Shown: piece after piece, positions 1-9,735 of the stretch
Position numbering within the stretch: the stretch's first letter is position 1
Layout: the number at the start of each line of letters is the position of its first letter
Source of the DNA: Nanobdellota archaeon
Lineage (GTDB): Archaea > Nanobdellota > Nanobdellia > Parvarchaeales > Parvarchaeaceae
Reading direction: 5' to 3'
DNA: 49,331 nucleotides
Assembly: GCA_021850635.1 (NCBI GenBank)
Contig: JAJZLM010000010.1
Span: 1-49,331, forward strand
Translations under genes and position numbers: made by a program
Notes under the pieces: model-generated
Told to the model about the DNA's origin: nothing
Seen by the model: only the letters and a program-made list of their open reading frames with translations
Database searches by the model: none

Positions 1-2343
1 ACATATGCGGAATATGATGACGGTGCTGATGTATTTTTGAATTATTATTCTGGTGCAAGCGATAATGGTTGGACACTCGCGGGAACGTCCGGGCAGACAT
101 CATCAGCTCCTTCCGGTTCTCCGTTCGGAACCAACGCGCTTTACGCTCTAGACTCAGGAGGGAGTTATATGTATACAACTGCGGCAGGACAATCAACCAA
201 CATGATAATTGAATATTATACTTATATAAATGGACTGAATGACGTTTTCTTCCTGGTCAATTCGGCAGGTACTGGACAATTAGCTAGACAGGGAAATGGC
301 GGTGGTTGGTATGGAATAGCGGCATCATCATCTTGGACTTCCTGGAATGCGCCTCCAAATACAGGAGTATGGAGTAGTGAATGGGTATTATCCGGCGTGG
401 TGGTGAACAACAGTATAGCAACGCAATATCTGTCTACAAATCTTGGCAATTACGGTTCTGAATTTTATCAGAACCCTTCAAATTCCTATACAGTTGCAAA
501 TAACGGCAATTATCTTGGTCTAGTTGGTGACAGTGCGAATGCAGGCAACGAATATTGGAATGGAGTTATAGTCCGTGCCTATCCTCCAAATGGAGTAATG
601 CCGGTGGTTATTTACAGCGCTGTACCTCCAATTTATATAAAAAGTATAACTCTATTTAACACACAAAGTATTTCAACCCCTAACCCTTTCCAGCAGTTTT
701 ACAATTCAGATTCGGCTGTTTACTCAGCCTACGAAGCCCCAAACCTCCAGAACATAGCATTTGAATATTCAAACGGTACAATTATACCCTCATGGTTAGA
801 ATCAGGAAACAGTAACACAGCCACAACAACGATATATTGGTTAAAGATGGGAAGTATACCAGCATATGGCAATTTAACGATATACGAGATATTTTATCCG
901 ACTTCATATAATGCATTAAATAACAAGACCACAGGAGAAGCACCACAGCTATCTCCAGTATATGGAGAATATGATGATGGCGCAAATGTTTTTAACAATT
1001 ACTGGAACTTTGCTGGGACAAGTTTACCAAATGGACTTAATGAAGGCGGGTCAACTGGAATCTCTTTTAATAATGGACTTTACTTTGCGGCTTCTGGAAG
1101 TAATCCATCTATAATATATTCTACTAATACTGTTAATTCTGCTCAAACTGTAGCTGAAGAATACGTTTTACCATATAATGGTGGGGATGGTGGACATGAC
1201 ACTGGGATAGGAATTGCGACATCTGGAATCCCTGTTTATGGAAGTGGCCAATGTGCAGGGCAACAGGCTGTTTTTGCGGGATTCCACTCTAATCTCGAGT
1301 TTCTGTCAAATTCAGGTAGCGGTTGTGCAAACCAAAACGGATATAATACTCAAACCTCTAGTGGGGTTCTTTCAGTATATTCTCCATCTTCTGCTGTTGG
1401 GTACGCTGCAAATAATTATACTAATATACTTTCATATACTTCTGATATCCCATCTCCCTCGTCTACATCATATGTCTATTCACTTGGTTCTTGGGGTGGT
1501 GCTGCTATAATTCAGTGGCTTCGCACCCGTGCCTATCCTCCAAATGGAGTAATGCCAAGCTATATAACAACAGATTTCACAGAATCTGGATTACCAAGTT
1601 CATATACATGGTATGTCACCTATGACAATGTACAGCATAGTTCTTCCACGTCATTGATGACGTTCTCAAATTTGCCCGGCACATACTCTTACACTGCGAA
1701 TACTCTCTCTAATTCCACTGCAGGTTGTACAACGACCTATACACCTTCTCCTGTATCAGGATCAGCTTCAGCTGGCTCTTCGAATTCTATATCATTCAGT
1801 GGCTCCACATCCTGTACTACTACTTTCACAGAATCTGGATTACCAAGTTCTTACACCTGGTACGTAACCTACAACGGGGTACAGAACAGTGCTTCTTCTC
1901 CTTCATCGATAACATTCTCTGGTTATTCCCCTGGTACCTACTCTTACAGCGTTAATACGTTGTCTAGCACCAGCAATGGTTGTACTACAACCTATACGCC
2001 TTCACCTTCCTCAGGTTCCTTGGCAGCAGGTTCATCTCAGTCAGTATCATTCAGTGGCTCCACATCCTGTACTACTACTTTCACAGAATCTGGATTACCA
2101 AGCACATATACATGGAATGTTACGTATGATGGTGTAATGGAAAAGGCATCTAGCGGGTCTAACATACAGTTCACGACCGGGAGCGGAACATATTCATTTT
2201 CAATTCCAGATGTAGAGGTCTCGCCAGTTACATCGTGCACAACTACAATTCCAGGAGATTACTATTATGTTCCTTCTCCTTCATCCGGTTCTTTAGCAGC
2301 GGGTTCAACGCAGTCAATATCATTTACAGAGGAGTGTCCTTGA
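1..2343 (+). CDS. Large modular surface/secreted protein, 5'-truncated by the window: DUF2341-like/lectin-like modules followed by three thermopsin-C-terminal-like Ig repeats
   Basis: Frame +1 is open from base 1 (TYAEYDDGADVFLNYY), which matches the internal VYGEYDDGANVFNNYW, so the real start lies upstream. RAYPPNGVMP occurs twice and F-T-E-S-G-L-P-S-x-Y-T-W-x-V-T-Y three times. Ser/Thr/Asn/Gly-rich. Confidence 0.8.
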   Translation, partial: TYAEYDDGADVFLNYYSGASDNGWTLAGTSGQTSSAPSGSPFGTNALYALDSGGSYMYTTAAGQSTNMIIEYYTYINGLNDVFFLVNSAGTGQLARQGNGGGWYGIAASSSWTSWNAPPNTGVWSSEWVLSGVVVNNSIATQYLSTNLGNYGSEFYQNPSNSYTVANNGNYLGLVGDSANAGNEYWNGVIVRAYPPNGVMPVVIYSAVPPIYIKSITLFNTQSISTPNPFQQFYNSDSAVYSAYEAPNLQNIAFEYSNGTIIPSWLESGNSNTATTTIYWLKMGSIPAYGNLTIYEIFYPTSYNALNNKTTGEAPQLSPVYGEYDDGANVFNNYWNFAGTSLPNGLNEGGSTGISFNNGLYFAASGSNPSIIYSTNTVNSAQTVAEEYVLPYNGGDGGHDTGIGIATSGIPVYGSGQCAGQQAVFAGFHSNLEFLSNSGSGCANQNGYNTQTSSGVLSVYSPSSAVGYAANNYTNILSYTSDIPSPSSTSYVYSLGSWGGAAIIQWLRTRAYPPNGVMPSYITTDFTESGLPSSYTWYVTYDNVQHSSSTSLMTFSNLPGTYSYTANTLSNSTAGCTTTYTPSPVSGSASAGSSNSISFSGSTSCTTTFTESGLPSSYTWYVTYNGVQNSASSPSSITFSGYSPGTYSYSVNTLSSTSNGCTTTYTPSPSSGSLAAGSSQSVSFSGSTSCTTTFTESGLPSTYTWNVTYDGVMEKASSGSNIQFTTGSGTYSFSIPDVEVSPVTSCTTTIPGDYYYVPSPSSGSLAAGSTQSISFTEECP
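573..602 (+). repeat. 30-bp exact direct repeat, copy 1 (copy 2 at 1527-1556)
   Basis: ccgtgcctatcctccaaatggagtaatgcc at both positions; encodes RAYPPNGVMP. Confidence 0.95.
1790..1847 (+). repeat. 58-bp exact direct repeat, copy 1 (copy 2 at 2045-2102; partial 27-bp copy at 1575-1601)
   Basis: tatcattcagtggctccacatcctgtactactactttcacagaatctggattaccaag recurs 255 bp (85 codons) downstream. Confidence 0.95.
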
Positions 2344-2353
2344 GGTTTAAATA

Positions 2354-3376
2354 ATGGAAAAGAACAGTGATAAAATAAAGAATATGGGTAAAAAAGGAGT
2401 ATACATAGCCATTTTAGCGGCGGTGGTCGCGATAGCAGTGGTATCGGTATACGTCTTTTCTCAGCATAGCGTTTCTTCGCCTGCAGTCGTCCACGGTAAG
2501 CTGGCTTTCGTCACCAACTCTATGGAGAATACGGTATCGGTAATAAACATGAGCGATAACAAGGTGATAGACTCGATACCGGTGGGAGTATACCCGTTCG
2601 ATGTAGTAGCCTCTCCGAGCGGAGACAGGGTGTATGTAGCCAATACGGGAAGCAACACAGTGTCCGTGATAGACACCTCAAACTACAACGTTACGGCTAC
2701 ATTTAACGCGAGCATAGAACCTGTTGGATTGGCTTTGTCTCCTAACGGGGAGTACCTGTACGTGACAGAATCTAACAGCGGACAGCTTTCTGTGTTCGAT
2801 ACGTCAAACGGCGATCTAGTAGAAAACATAGCAGTAGGAGAGACCCCTTATTACGTCGTTGTAAGCCCAAACGGCCAGTACATATACGTCTTGAACAGCG
2901 ACGGCAACACCACATCGGTGATAGACACGTCCACGTACAAGGTGATCCACACCATAAAGGGGTTCGGATTCCCTACTGCGGGATACATCACACCAGATGG
3001 TAAGACCCTGTACATAACAGATTCGTATAACAACAGCGTAGCGGTTATAAACACGTCGGATTATTCGATAGAAAGGAACATAAAGACTGGTGATTTCCCA
3101 GCTTACATAACCGCCTCCACAAATACTAGCGATATATACGTGACCAACTACGACAGCAACACCACTTCAGTCATAAACACAAGCGACGGAGAGGTAATAG
3201 CCACGATACACGGCTTTTCCAATCCAGCGTGCTTGTCATTGTCTCCAGGAGGGAAGTACCTGTATGTAGTCAATAGGTTCGGCAACAGCGTGTCCGTAGT
3301 CAACCTGGAGAACGATAGCATATCCGGCACAATAAGCGTAAGCAACCAGCCCCTGTGCATAGCCACGATATCATAA
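2354..3376 (+). CDS. YVTN/YncE-family beta-propeller protein with N-terminal membrane anchor
   Basis: About seven repeats of the type SPxGxxLYV(T/A)NxxSNxVSVIDT; hydrophobic N-terminal helix. The start could be 2384. Confidence 0.9.
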   Translation: MEKNSDKIKNMGKKGVYIAILAAVVAIAVVSVYVFSQHSVSSPAVVHGKLAFVTNSMENTVSVINMSDNKVIDSIPVGVYPFDVVASPSGDRVYVANTGSNTVSVIDTSNYNVTATFNASIEPVGLALSPNGEYLYVTESNSGQLSVFDTSNGDLVENIAVGETPYYVVVSPNGQYIYVLNSDGNTTSVIDTSTYKVIHTIKGFGFPTAGYITPDGKTLYITDSYNNSVAVINTSDYSIERNIKTGDFPAYITASTNTSDIYVTNYDSNTTSVINTSDGEVIATIHGFSNPACLSLSPGGKYLYVVNRFGNSVSVVNLENDSISGTISVSNQPLCIATIS

Positions 3377-3413
3377 CTCATGCTAAATTTTCATCAGTGA
3401 AATTTGGACTGTG

Positions 3414-4451
3414 TCAGTTTTTAATCAAATTTATTATGATAGGGTCTAATTCATTCGCTATGCCTGTATCAACGCTTTTGATCGCGTTTGTAGACAGTTC
3501 TTTTTTAAATGGTAGCTTTGCAAGTAATGGTATGTCCTTTATACTGCTATCTACCGGCATATCTATTTTTTCTCCACAGTGCTCACATATTATATAGCTC
3601 ATGTTCTCTATAACCCCTACCACAGGTATCTTCAGCGCATCCGCGATCACTGTAGTCTTTTTGCCGACGAGTTGTGATAGATTCTGGGGGGTAGTGACAA
3701 GCAATATTTTGTCGACAGGTATCGACTGGAAAACCGTAAGAGGTCCATCACTCGTACCTGGTGGTAAGTCAAGGAACATTAGATCCAGTTCACCCCAGTC
3801 CGTGTCAGAATACATCTGTTTTATTGCGTTGGATACAAGCGGCCCGCGCCATATAAGCGCTTCAGTATTGGTAAGCATGTCTATTGACATTATTTTTATT
3901 CCGGATAAGCTTAGTGGTTCAAACTTTTTGTCTTTTGTCAGGTATGAATGGTACTGTGAGCCTACTATTGCCTGTATAGAAGACCCGGATATATCACAAT
4001 CTAGTACGGCTGTTTTGTAGCCTAGTCTATTAGCTTCCAGAGCCAACATAGCCACTACACTGCTTTTTCCGACACCACCTTTGGCGGAGTAAACTGCTAT
4101 TATGTTTTTAACGTTCTTTTTTTCGTATTTCTCTATAGGAGAAGGGAGGATTTTCTTGTTATCGTATAGTTCTTTCTTTACTGCAGCTAATTCTTCTTTT
4201 GTCATGTACCCAAAAGCAAGTTTTATTTTATTATAACCAGAGTTCTTAAGAGCTTCGTTAACATCCTTTTCTATCGTAGACGCGAGTGGACAACCAGGGA
4301 CTGTCAGTTTTATGCCTATTAACAAAGTATCTTCTTTCTTCTCTATTTTGCTGATCATTTTCAGCTTTACTATACTTATACCTATCTCTGGATCCTTTAC
4401 AGTGTCAAGCAAAGAATAGAGCTTAGTAAGCTCCGCTTCGTCAATACTCAT
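3414..4451 (-). CDS. mrp: Mrp/NBP35 (ApbC) Fe-S cluster carrier ATPase with N-terminal DUF59-type domain
   Basis: VKDPEIGISIV and PGCP at the N-terminus; deviant Walker A SAKGGVGKS; WRGP, DLPPGTSD, ENMS and CEHC motifs. Confidence 0.92.
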   Translation of the reverse strand: MSIDEAELTKLYSLLDTVKDPEIGISIVKLKMISKIEKKEDTLLIGIKLTVPGCPLASTIEKDVNEALKNSGYNKIKLAFGYMTKEELAAVKKELYDNKKILPSPIEKYEKKNVKNIIAVYSAKGGVGKSSVVAMLALEANRLGYKTAVLDCDISGSSIQAIVGSQYHSYLTKDKKFEPLSLSGIKIMSIDMLTNTEALIWRGPLVSNAIKQMYSDTDWGELDLMFLDLPPGTSDGPLTVFQSIPVDKILLVTTPQNLSQLVGKKTTVIADALKIPVVGVIENMSYIICEHCGEKIDMPVDSSIKDIPLLAKLPFKKELSTNAIKSVDTGIANELDPIIINLIKN

Positions 4452-5494
4452 TTTCTTTTTCCTTCTTCTTCAACGTCGCTTATTCCTTCAGAAGTTATCT
4501 GGAATGTTACTTCTCCTTCTGGAAGACTTGGGGAGTCCACTAGTTTTGCAACTCTGGTTCCTTTCTTGCCCTTTCTTAAGTATATCCTGTACGTGGCTAC
4601 ATGGCCTATTATGTGGCCTCCTACAGCAACAGTCGGGTCACCGAACAGAACATCCGGTCTAGCCATCACTTGGTTAGTTATGTACACAGCTACATTAAAC
4701 CTGTCTGCTATTCTCTGTAGGTTGTGGAGTATCACGTTGATCTTCTGCTGTCTGTCGGCGAGAGTGCCCCTACCTACGTACTCTGCTCTAAATAAAGCCA
4801 TCATGCTATCCACTACAATCAGCTTTATTTTCGAGTCCTTATTTATCAATTCTGGTATCTTGTCTACCAGTAGTATTTGATGGTCTGATGAATAAGCCCT
4901 ACCTATCTTTATATTCTGCAGCGCTTCTTTTGGATCCAGTCCCTTTGCTATTGCAAGTTGCTCTATTCTAGACGGTCTAAAAGTACCCTCCGTATCTATC
5001 CATATAGCGTGGCCTTCAAGGCCTCCTTTCTCTTTAGGTAGTTGCACGTTTATTGCAAGTTGGAAAGCAATCTGACTTTTACCGGAGCCGTATTCACCGT
5101 AACATTCAGTTATAGACTGGGACTCCACACCTCCGCCTAAAAGTATATCAAAAGTCTGGCTACCTGTCGATATTCTCTGTACACTCTTTCTTTTGTCTTC
5201 GAATTCTAATCCAGAAAGAAAATTCATTTTCGCAGCTTCGCGTGCCTCAGCTATGATCTTTCTCGCAGTAGGTTCACCGATTTCGCATACTTCTGACACT
5301 ACTTGTGGATTCGCTGTTGCCAGCGATATAACATCAACATAGCCAGCTCCCTTTAATTTTGAAGCAACAGCGCTGCCGACTCCAGGCAAGTCCTTTATAT
5401 CTACATACTCATCACTCGCCAAAATACTACTGCTCTCTTGGGTTTCTGTAGTATCTTGTTGGGTGTCTTCATCGTCTGAATCTTTTCTTGTCAT
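4448..5494 (-). CDS. radA: DNA repair and recombination protein RadA
   Basis: N-terminal HhH (DLPGVG), Walker A GEYGSGKS, IDTEGTFRP, LIVVDS, GRGTLADRQQK, TNQV. Confidence 0.97.
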   Translation of the reverse strand: MTRKDSDDEDTQQDTTETQESSSILASDEYVDIKDLPGVGSAVASKLKGAGYVDVISLATANPQVVSEVCEIGEPTARKIIAEAREAAKMNFLSGLEFEDKRKSVQRISTGSQTFDILLGGGVESQSITECYGEYGSGKSQIAFQLAINVQLPKEKGGLEGHAIWIDTEGTFRPSRIEQLAIAKGLDPKEALQNIKIGRAYSSDHQILLVDKIPELINKDSKIKLIVVDSMMALFRAEYVGRGTLADRQQKINVILHNLQRIADRFNVAVYITNQVMARPDVLFGDPTVAVGGHIIGHVATYRIYLRKGKKGTRVAKLVDSPSLPEGEVTFQITSEGISDVEEEGKRK

Positions 5495-5527
5495 GATACC
5501 TCCACAGTTTACGATGCACTCCTACAG

Positions 5528-5776
5528 TTATTTAAGCTGTTCGAGTATTATAGTCGTGTCCGTCTTTCCGACGCCATTTATCGACCTTAGTTTAGACACG
5601 ACAAAATCGGATAGTTCCTGCATCTTATCGTAGCTCAACCTAATCATCAGGTCCCATTGCCCGCTTATAAGCATTACTTCCTCGACGCCGGGCTTATCGA
5701 TAATTTCCTTCCCTACTGTAACAGGGGAAGTACCTTCAATCACGCTTACGAATATCAATGCTCCAAGCTCTCCCAT
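5528..5776 (-). CDS. Lrp/AsnC ligand-binding (RAM) domain-only protein
   Basis: 82 aa with the ISGQWDLMI...LRSINGVGKTDT pattern; no HTH. Confidence 0.85.
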   Translation of the reverse strand: MGELGALIFVSVIEGTSPVTVGKEIIDKPGVEEVMLISGQWDLMIRLSYDKMQELSDFVVSKLRSINGVGKTDTTIILEQLK

Positions 5777-5900
5777 AATGAGATATTCTGTACAGCGTCA
5801 TATTTATAGTTTCAGTGAGGTCGGTTTGATAGCCCAAATAATGCTCGGGGATGGAAGAATAACGTTTAAAAACGCAAGATTTCTTAATATCCAAATAGTT

Positions 5901-6545
5901 ATGGATACAGTTACGATAGAAAAGGCAATAGTTGAAACTAAGCAGGAGATAGAGAAAGCAAAGAGGAAATTCAAGCAGTCTATCGACCTTGTGATAATCA
6001 CAAAGCCGAGAAAATCTAAATCGGAAGAGGCGGTAGATACTCTAGCCTTTTTACCAAATAGCGTGAATGAAATCAAAACATGCGCTTTTGTAGATAAAGA
6101 CATGATGACCCAGGCAACAGGCGTATTCTCTAAACTTGTGTCTAAAGACGATTTCGCAGGTTTCGACAAGAAATCTGTAAGAAAGCTGGTTAAGGATTAT
6201 GACTATTTCTTTGCAGAAGCATCCATAATGGCGCAAGTTGCTGCAAAATTTGGTAAACAGCTGACCGCTACGAATAAAATGCCTAATCCGAAAACAGGGA
6301 CGATAATATACCCTTCCACAAACCTGAAAGCAGTGGAGGAAAAAGTTCATTTCGCTACTAAGATAAACACGAAGAAGAACAATGCAGTCATAGTAAAAGT
6401 CGGCGATGAAAAGACCGACGATTCTAAGATAGTTGCTAATGTAAACGCAGTGTATTCAACACTGAAATCTTCTCTTGTCAATGGTGACGCGTCTATAAAG
6501 CATGTCTATATAAAACCGACGATGGGTAAGCTGGTGAAAATATGA
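5901..6545 (+). CDS. rpl1: 50S ribosomal protein L1 (uL1)
   Basis: KRKFKQSIDL, YDYFFAEA, KMPNPKTG, IKPTMG. Start reassigned to ATG 5901, which follows a TTTAAAAA box near 5865. Confidence 0.92.
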   Translation: MDTVTIEKAIVETKQEIEKAKRKFKQSIDLVIITKPRKSKSEEAVDTLAFLPNSVNEIKTCAFVDKDMMTQATGVFSKLVSKDDFAGFDKKSVRKLVKDYDYFFAEASIMAQVAAKFGKQLTATNKMPNPKTGTIIYPSTNLKAVEEKVHFATKINTKKNNAVIVKVGDEKTDDSKIVANVNAVYSTLKSSLVNGDASIKHVYIKPTMGKLVKI

Positions 6546-7387
6546 ACAAATCCAAGGGTTCTTCTGAAAAATCAAAAAAAGCAGATGAGTTGAGTAAGAA
6601 GCTGTCCAAATATAAAACGCTCGCGCTTGTGGAAGTGTCGGGTTTTCCTTCTAGTAATTTTGAGAGGATTAAGAAGACACTTAGAGGGAGCGCAGATTTC
6701 GTGTATACAAATAAGATAATAATCTATAACGCTTTGAAATTAGTCAATTCCCCCCTAGCAGATAAAGTGGAAGGGATACGTTTACCTGTCCTGCTATTAT
6801 CAAATCTTAATCCATTCGATATAGTAAAGACAGCTGTAGAGAATAAGGCTTATGCAAAAATAAAGGCTGGAGAAAAAGCTAATGAGGATATAACTCTATT
6901 AAGCGGTCCTACTCCGTTTCCTCCTGGTCCGATGTTGTCTCAGTTCTCATCCATAGGCGTTAAAACTAAGAATGAAGGCGGAAAGATATCTATAATATCC
7001 GATACGAAAATCGTCAAAAAAGGGGAAGTAGTTAACGATAAGGTTGCATCAATATTATCTAGTATGGATATAAAGCCTAAGGAGCTAATCCTGTCAATAC
7101 TATACGCTTTTAATGATAAGATAGTTTTTGGTAGGGAAACGCTCTATAAAAACTCTGAAGAGTACGTAGACGAGCTGAAGAATGCTTTCTTAAGATCACT
7201 GTCATTGTCTGTGAGTGTCGGGATATTAAACAAGTATTCTGTGAAATCGCTGATTAAAAAGATTTATATAGGAGTAAGATTTTTATCTGTAGATAGAAAC
7301 ATAGTGTCAAAGTCGACAATAAACGACATATTGGCTAAGGCATCGGTGCAGGCCGGTGCAATCGACAAGGTTATAGGAGGAAAATGA
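6542..7387 (+). CDS. rplP0: 50S ribosomal protein L10/P0
   Basis: GPTPFPPGP and KGEVV motifs; lies between L1 and L12; ATGA overlap with rpl1. Confidence 0.93.
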   Translation: MNKSKGSSEKSKKADELSKKLSKYKTLALVEVSGFPSSNFERIKKTLRGSADFVYTNKIIIYNALKLVNSPLADKVEGIRLPVLLLSNLNPFDIVKTAVENKAYAKIKAGEKANEDITLLSGPTPFPPGPMLSQFSSIGVKTKNEGGKISIISDTKIVKKGEVVNDKVASILSSMDIKPKELILSILYAFNDKIVFGRETLYKNSEEYVDELKNAFLRSLSLSVSVGILNKYSVKSLIKKIYIGVRFLSVDRNIVSKSTINDILAKASVQAGAIDKVIGGK

Positions 7388-7391
7388 GAAT

Positions 7392-7691
7392 ATGGAATAT
7401 GTATATGCGGCGATGTTGTTACACAGCTTAGGTAAAGAAATAAACGAGGAGAACATAAAGAGTGTAATATCTTCAACGGGCGTGCAACCAGATGAAGCGC
7501 AGATAAAAGCAGTAGTATCGGCTTTAAAGGGCGTTGATATAGATAAGATCATAAGCGAAGCTCAGATTTCAACCGTAGCAGCAGCTCCTGCTGCAGTACA
7601 AACTCCACAGCATGAAGCTAAGAAAGAGGAGAAGAAAGAGGAGCACAAAGCAGAAGAAGCAGCTGCAGGATTAAGTAGCCTTTTCGGTTGA
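7392..7691 (+). CDS. rpl12: 50S ribosomal protein L12/P1
   Basis: [11 protein letters not shown] start, Ala-rich hinge, C-terminal [10 protein letters not shown]. Confidence 0.97.
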   Translation: MEYVYAAMLLHSLGKEINEENIKSVISSTGVQPDEAQIKAVVSALKGVDIDKIISEAQISTVAAAPAAVQTPQHEAKKEEKKEEHKAEEAAAGLSSLFG

Positions 7692-7813
7692 ATCAAGTTA
7701 CCTATTTAGATACGGATCCAATATTAAGTCCTATACAAAGGATAAGCAATGGAAACTGCAATAGATTAATATATCTGGAAGAATCTTAAAACTAAGTATA
7801 AAAGAGATTTAAC

Positions 7814-8590
7814 ATGACTGTACTTATTACGAACGATGATGGTTACAAGAGCTGGGGGATAAATATATTGTATAAAGCCGCTCTGGAAGTGTTCGGAGAC
7901 GATGTAGTGGTGGTGGCCCCTGAAAAAATGAACAGTTCTGCAGGAATGAGCTTTACCTTTCATAAACCCCTAAGAGTAGATAGAACAGAGTACGAAGGCA
8001 TGCCATGCATTACAATCTCCGGGAAACCTGCAGACTGTACCTTTATGGCTCTTAATCATTTTTTCCAGGGTAGAATAGACCTAGTTTTGTCCGGAGTAAA
8101 TTACGGCATGAATGTTGGTTTAAGTCCGATATATTCGTCAGGCACAGTATCTGCCGCGTTGTATGCAGCAATTTCAAAGGTCCCAAGCGTAGCATTTTCG
8201 AAGCACCTTATAAACACAAAGTCGCAAGATGCTATAAAGAAAGAGATGGAGAACATATTCCCTGGAGTGGTCAAACTGCTCGCTAGAATAAAGAGTAAGC
8301 CTTTCCCGCACGGTATAGAATTGTTAAACATAAACTTTCCTAAAACGATAAATGAAGATACACCGATAAAAGTAGTTAAGGCCGATAGAAAAGTATTCCA
8401 AGACATAGTACAGGAACGGGTGGACCCAGTGAATAGACCTTATTACTGGCTGTATGGCACTTTAAAGAAAGATTTTGACCCTACTGCAGACGTAGCCAAC
8501 CTGTTAAATGGGAACATAACAATAACTCCAATTAAACTATATGCTTCAGATAAGATGGAACTTTCCTCCGTACGCGAGATGTTTGTATGA
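7814..8590 (+). CDS. surE: 5'/3'-nucleotidase SurE
   Basis: LITNDDG, VVAPE, SGKPADC, SGVNYGMN, SGTV, LNINFP. Confidence 0.96.
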   Translation: MTVLITNDDGYKSWGINILYKAALEVFGDDVVVVAPEKMNSSAGMSFTFHKPLRVDRTEYEGMPCITISGKPADCTFMALNHFFQGRIDLVLSGVNYGMNVGLSPIYSSGTVSAALYAAISKVPSVAFSKHLINTKSQDAIKKEMENIFPGVVKLLARIKSKPFPHGIELLNINFPKTINEDTPIKVVKADRKVFQDIVQERVDPVNRPYYWLYGTLKKDFDPTADVANLLNGNITITPIKLYASDKMELSSVREMFV

Positions 8591-9726
8591 TGTGGAGTTT
8601 TATATTAATTATTATTGTAGCTGTAATAGCAGCTGTAGTAATAACCGAACTTTTTTTAAACTTTGGTGCCACTAACACGCAGCAAGCCGACATTAATTCG
8701 TCTTTTGTGTCTATAGGAGCAAGCAATTGTATACAGTGCTCTAATGGCATTGCTAACTTTATGTACAGTTTGCTTAGCAGCCAAGGTTATTCTAATTCGC
8801 GTGTGAGCCTAAATTTTGGTAGCAATACTGCCGACAAAATTATATCTACTAATCTTATAGCGTCACTACCGTCGGTAATTATACCTTCAACCGCTTCTTC
8901 AGCAAATCTCCTCGATGCGCTTGTATACTTGAATATATTCAATCTAGGAAGCAACGATTTCGTTCTAAATACACCTTTTCTATCCGGATTGGTAAGGAAC
9001 ATCACGTATTACTCTATAATCCAAAACAGGACAATCACATCGTACGACGTGTATAATGCTTCAGCTGTTTATAACGCAGGTCCACGGTCAAAACTTCTCA
9101 ACTTGATAAACCCGAGCGAGTTTCTCTTACAGACCAATTATTCTAACATGACGTCTTCGGACAAAATAGATATAGAATTCATATATGATAATTCTCCTTT
9201 TAGTGCGGTCCAGAGCGTAGTGTTAAAGACTGCTCTTGATAATTTTGGTAATTTTACCTCACAGCACATCATGCAATCTAGGACAGTAAACATTTCATCT
9301 AACCAGTCATTAGGACCGGATATACTTTATGTGCTTGGTAACATGCCTTTCGATAGCAAGTATTTCGATTTATACGCGTACAATCTTAGCTCAGTCGGAA
9401 ATGAAACAGCTCAAAAGAATCTTTTTGAATATGATCAGAACGCGCTCTCCAGCATAAATTCTGTCTATGGTTCGTTCACTCCATTTCTAGATATAGGAGG
9501 CAAGTTTATAGGGGTGTCATCTATGTTAAAGCCATCTGTTTTCAACGGGCTCAACACAACGCGGATACAGTCGCTTATAGCGTCGAATTCCACCGTAGGA
9601 GAGGCTTTCAACGACAGCGTAGCATTCCTGGAAGCAGCTCTCTGTTCCTTTTCTGAGGTGACTTCCAGTGTATGCAATACAACTGCAGTAAAACTTCAGG
9701 AGTTAAATATATTGCGACAGATATAA
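8587..9726 (+). CDS. Membrane-anchored exported protein: N-terminal CxxC domain plus degenerate DUF929-like domain
   Basis: N-terminal TM helix and CIQC. The C-terminal half aligns by eye with the 22432-23247 product (ALDNFGNF vs ALSNFGNW; PFLDIGG vs PFTVIGG; terminal C-x(9)-C vs C-x(9)-C). Confidence 0.7.
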   Translation: MMWSFILIIIVAVIAAVVITELFLNFGATNTQQADINSSFVSIGASNCIQCSNGIANFMYSLLSSQGYSNSRVSLNFGSNTADKIISTNLIASLPSVIIPSTASSANLLDALVYLNIFNLGSNDFVLNTPFLSGLVRNITYYSIIQNRTITSYDVYNASAVYNAGPRSKLLNLINPSEFLLQTNYSNMTSSDKIDIEFIYDNSPFSAVQSVVLKTALDNFGNFTSQHIMQSRTVNISSNQSLGPDILYVLGNMPFDSKYFDLYAYNLSSVGNETAQKNLFEYDQNALSSINSVYGSFTPFLDIGGKFIGVSSMLKPSVFNGLNTTRIQSLIASNSTVGEAFNDSVAFLEAALCSFSEVTSSVCNTTAVKLQELNILRQI

Positions 9727-9735
9727 AGAAAATTC

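Noticed and set aside
5778..5900. N-terminal extensions in the ORF track (rpl1; likewise nuoI, DUF72, HAD, CYTH, bcp)
   Set aside because: Upstream in-frame starts run through promoters or neighbouring genes; family homology begins at the later ATG
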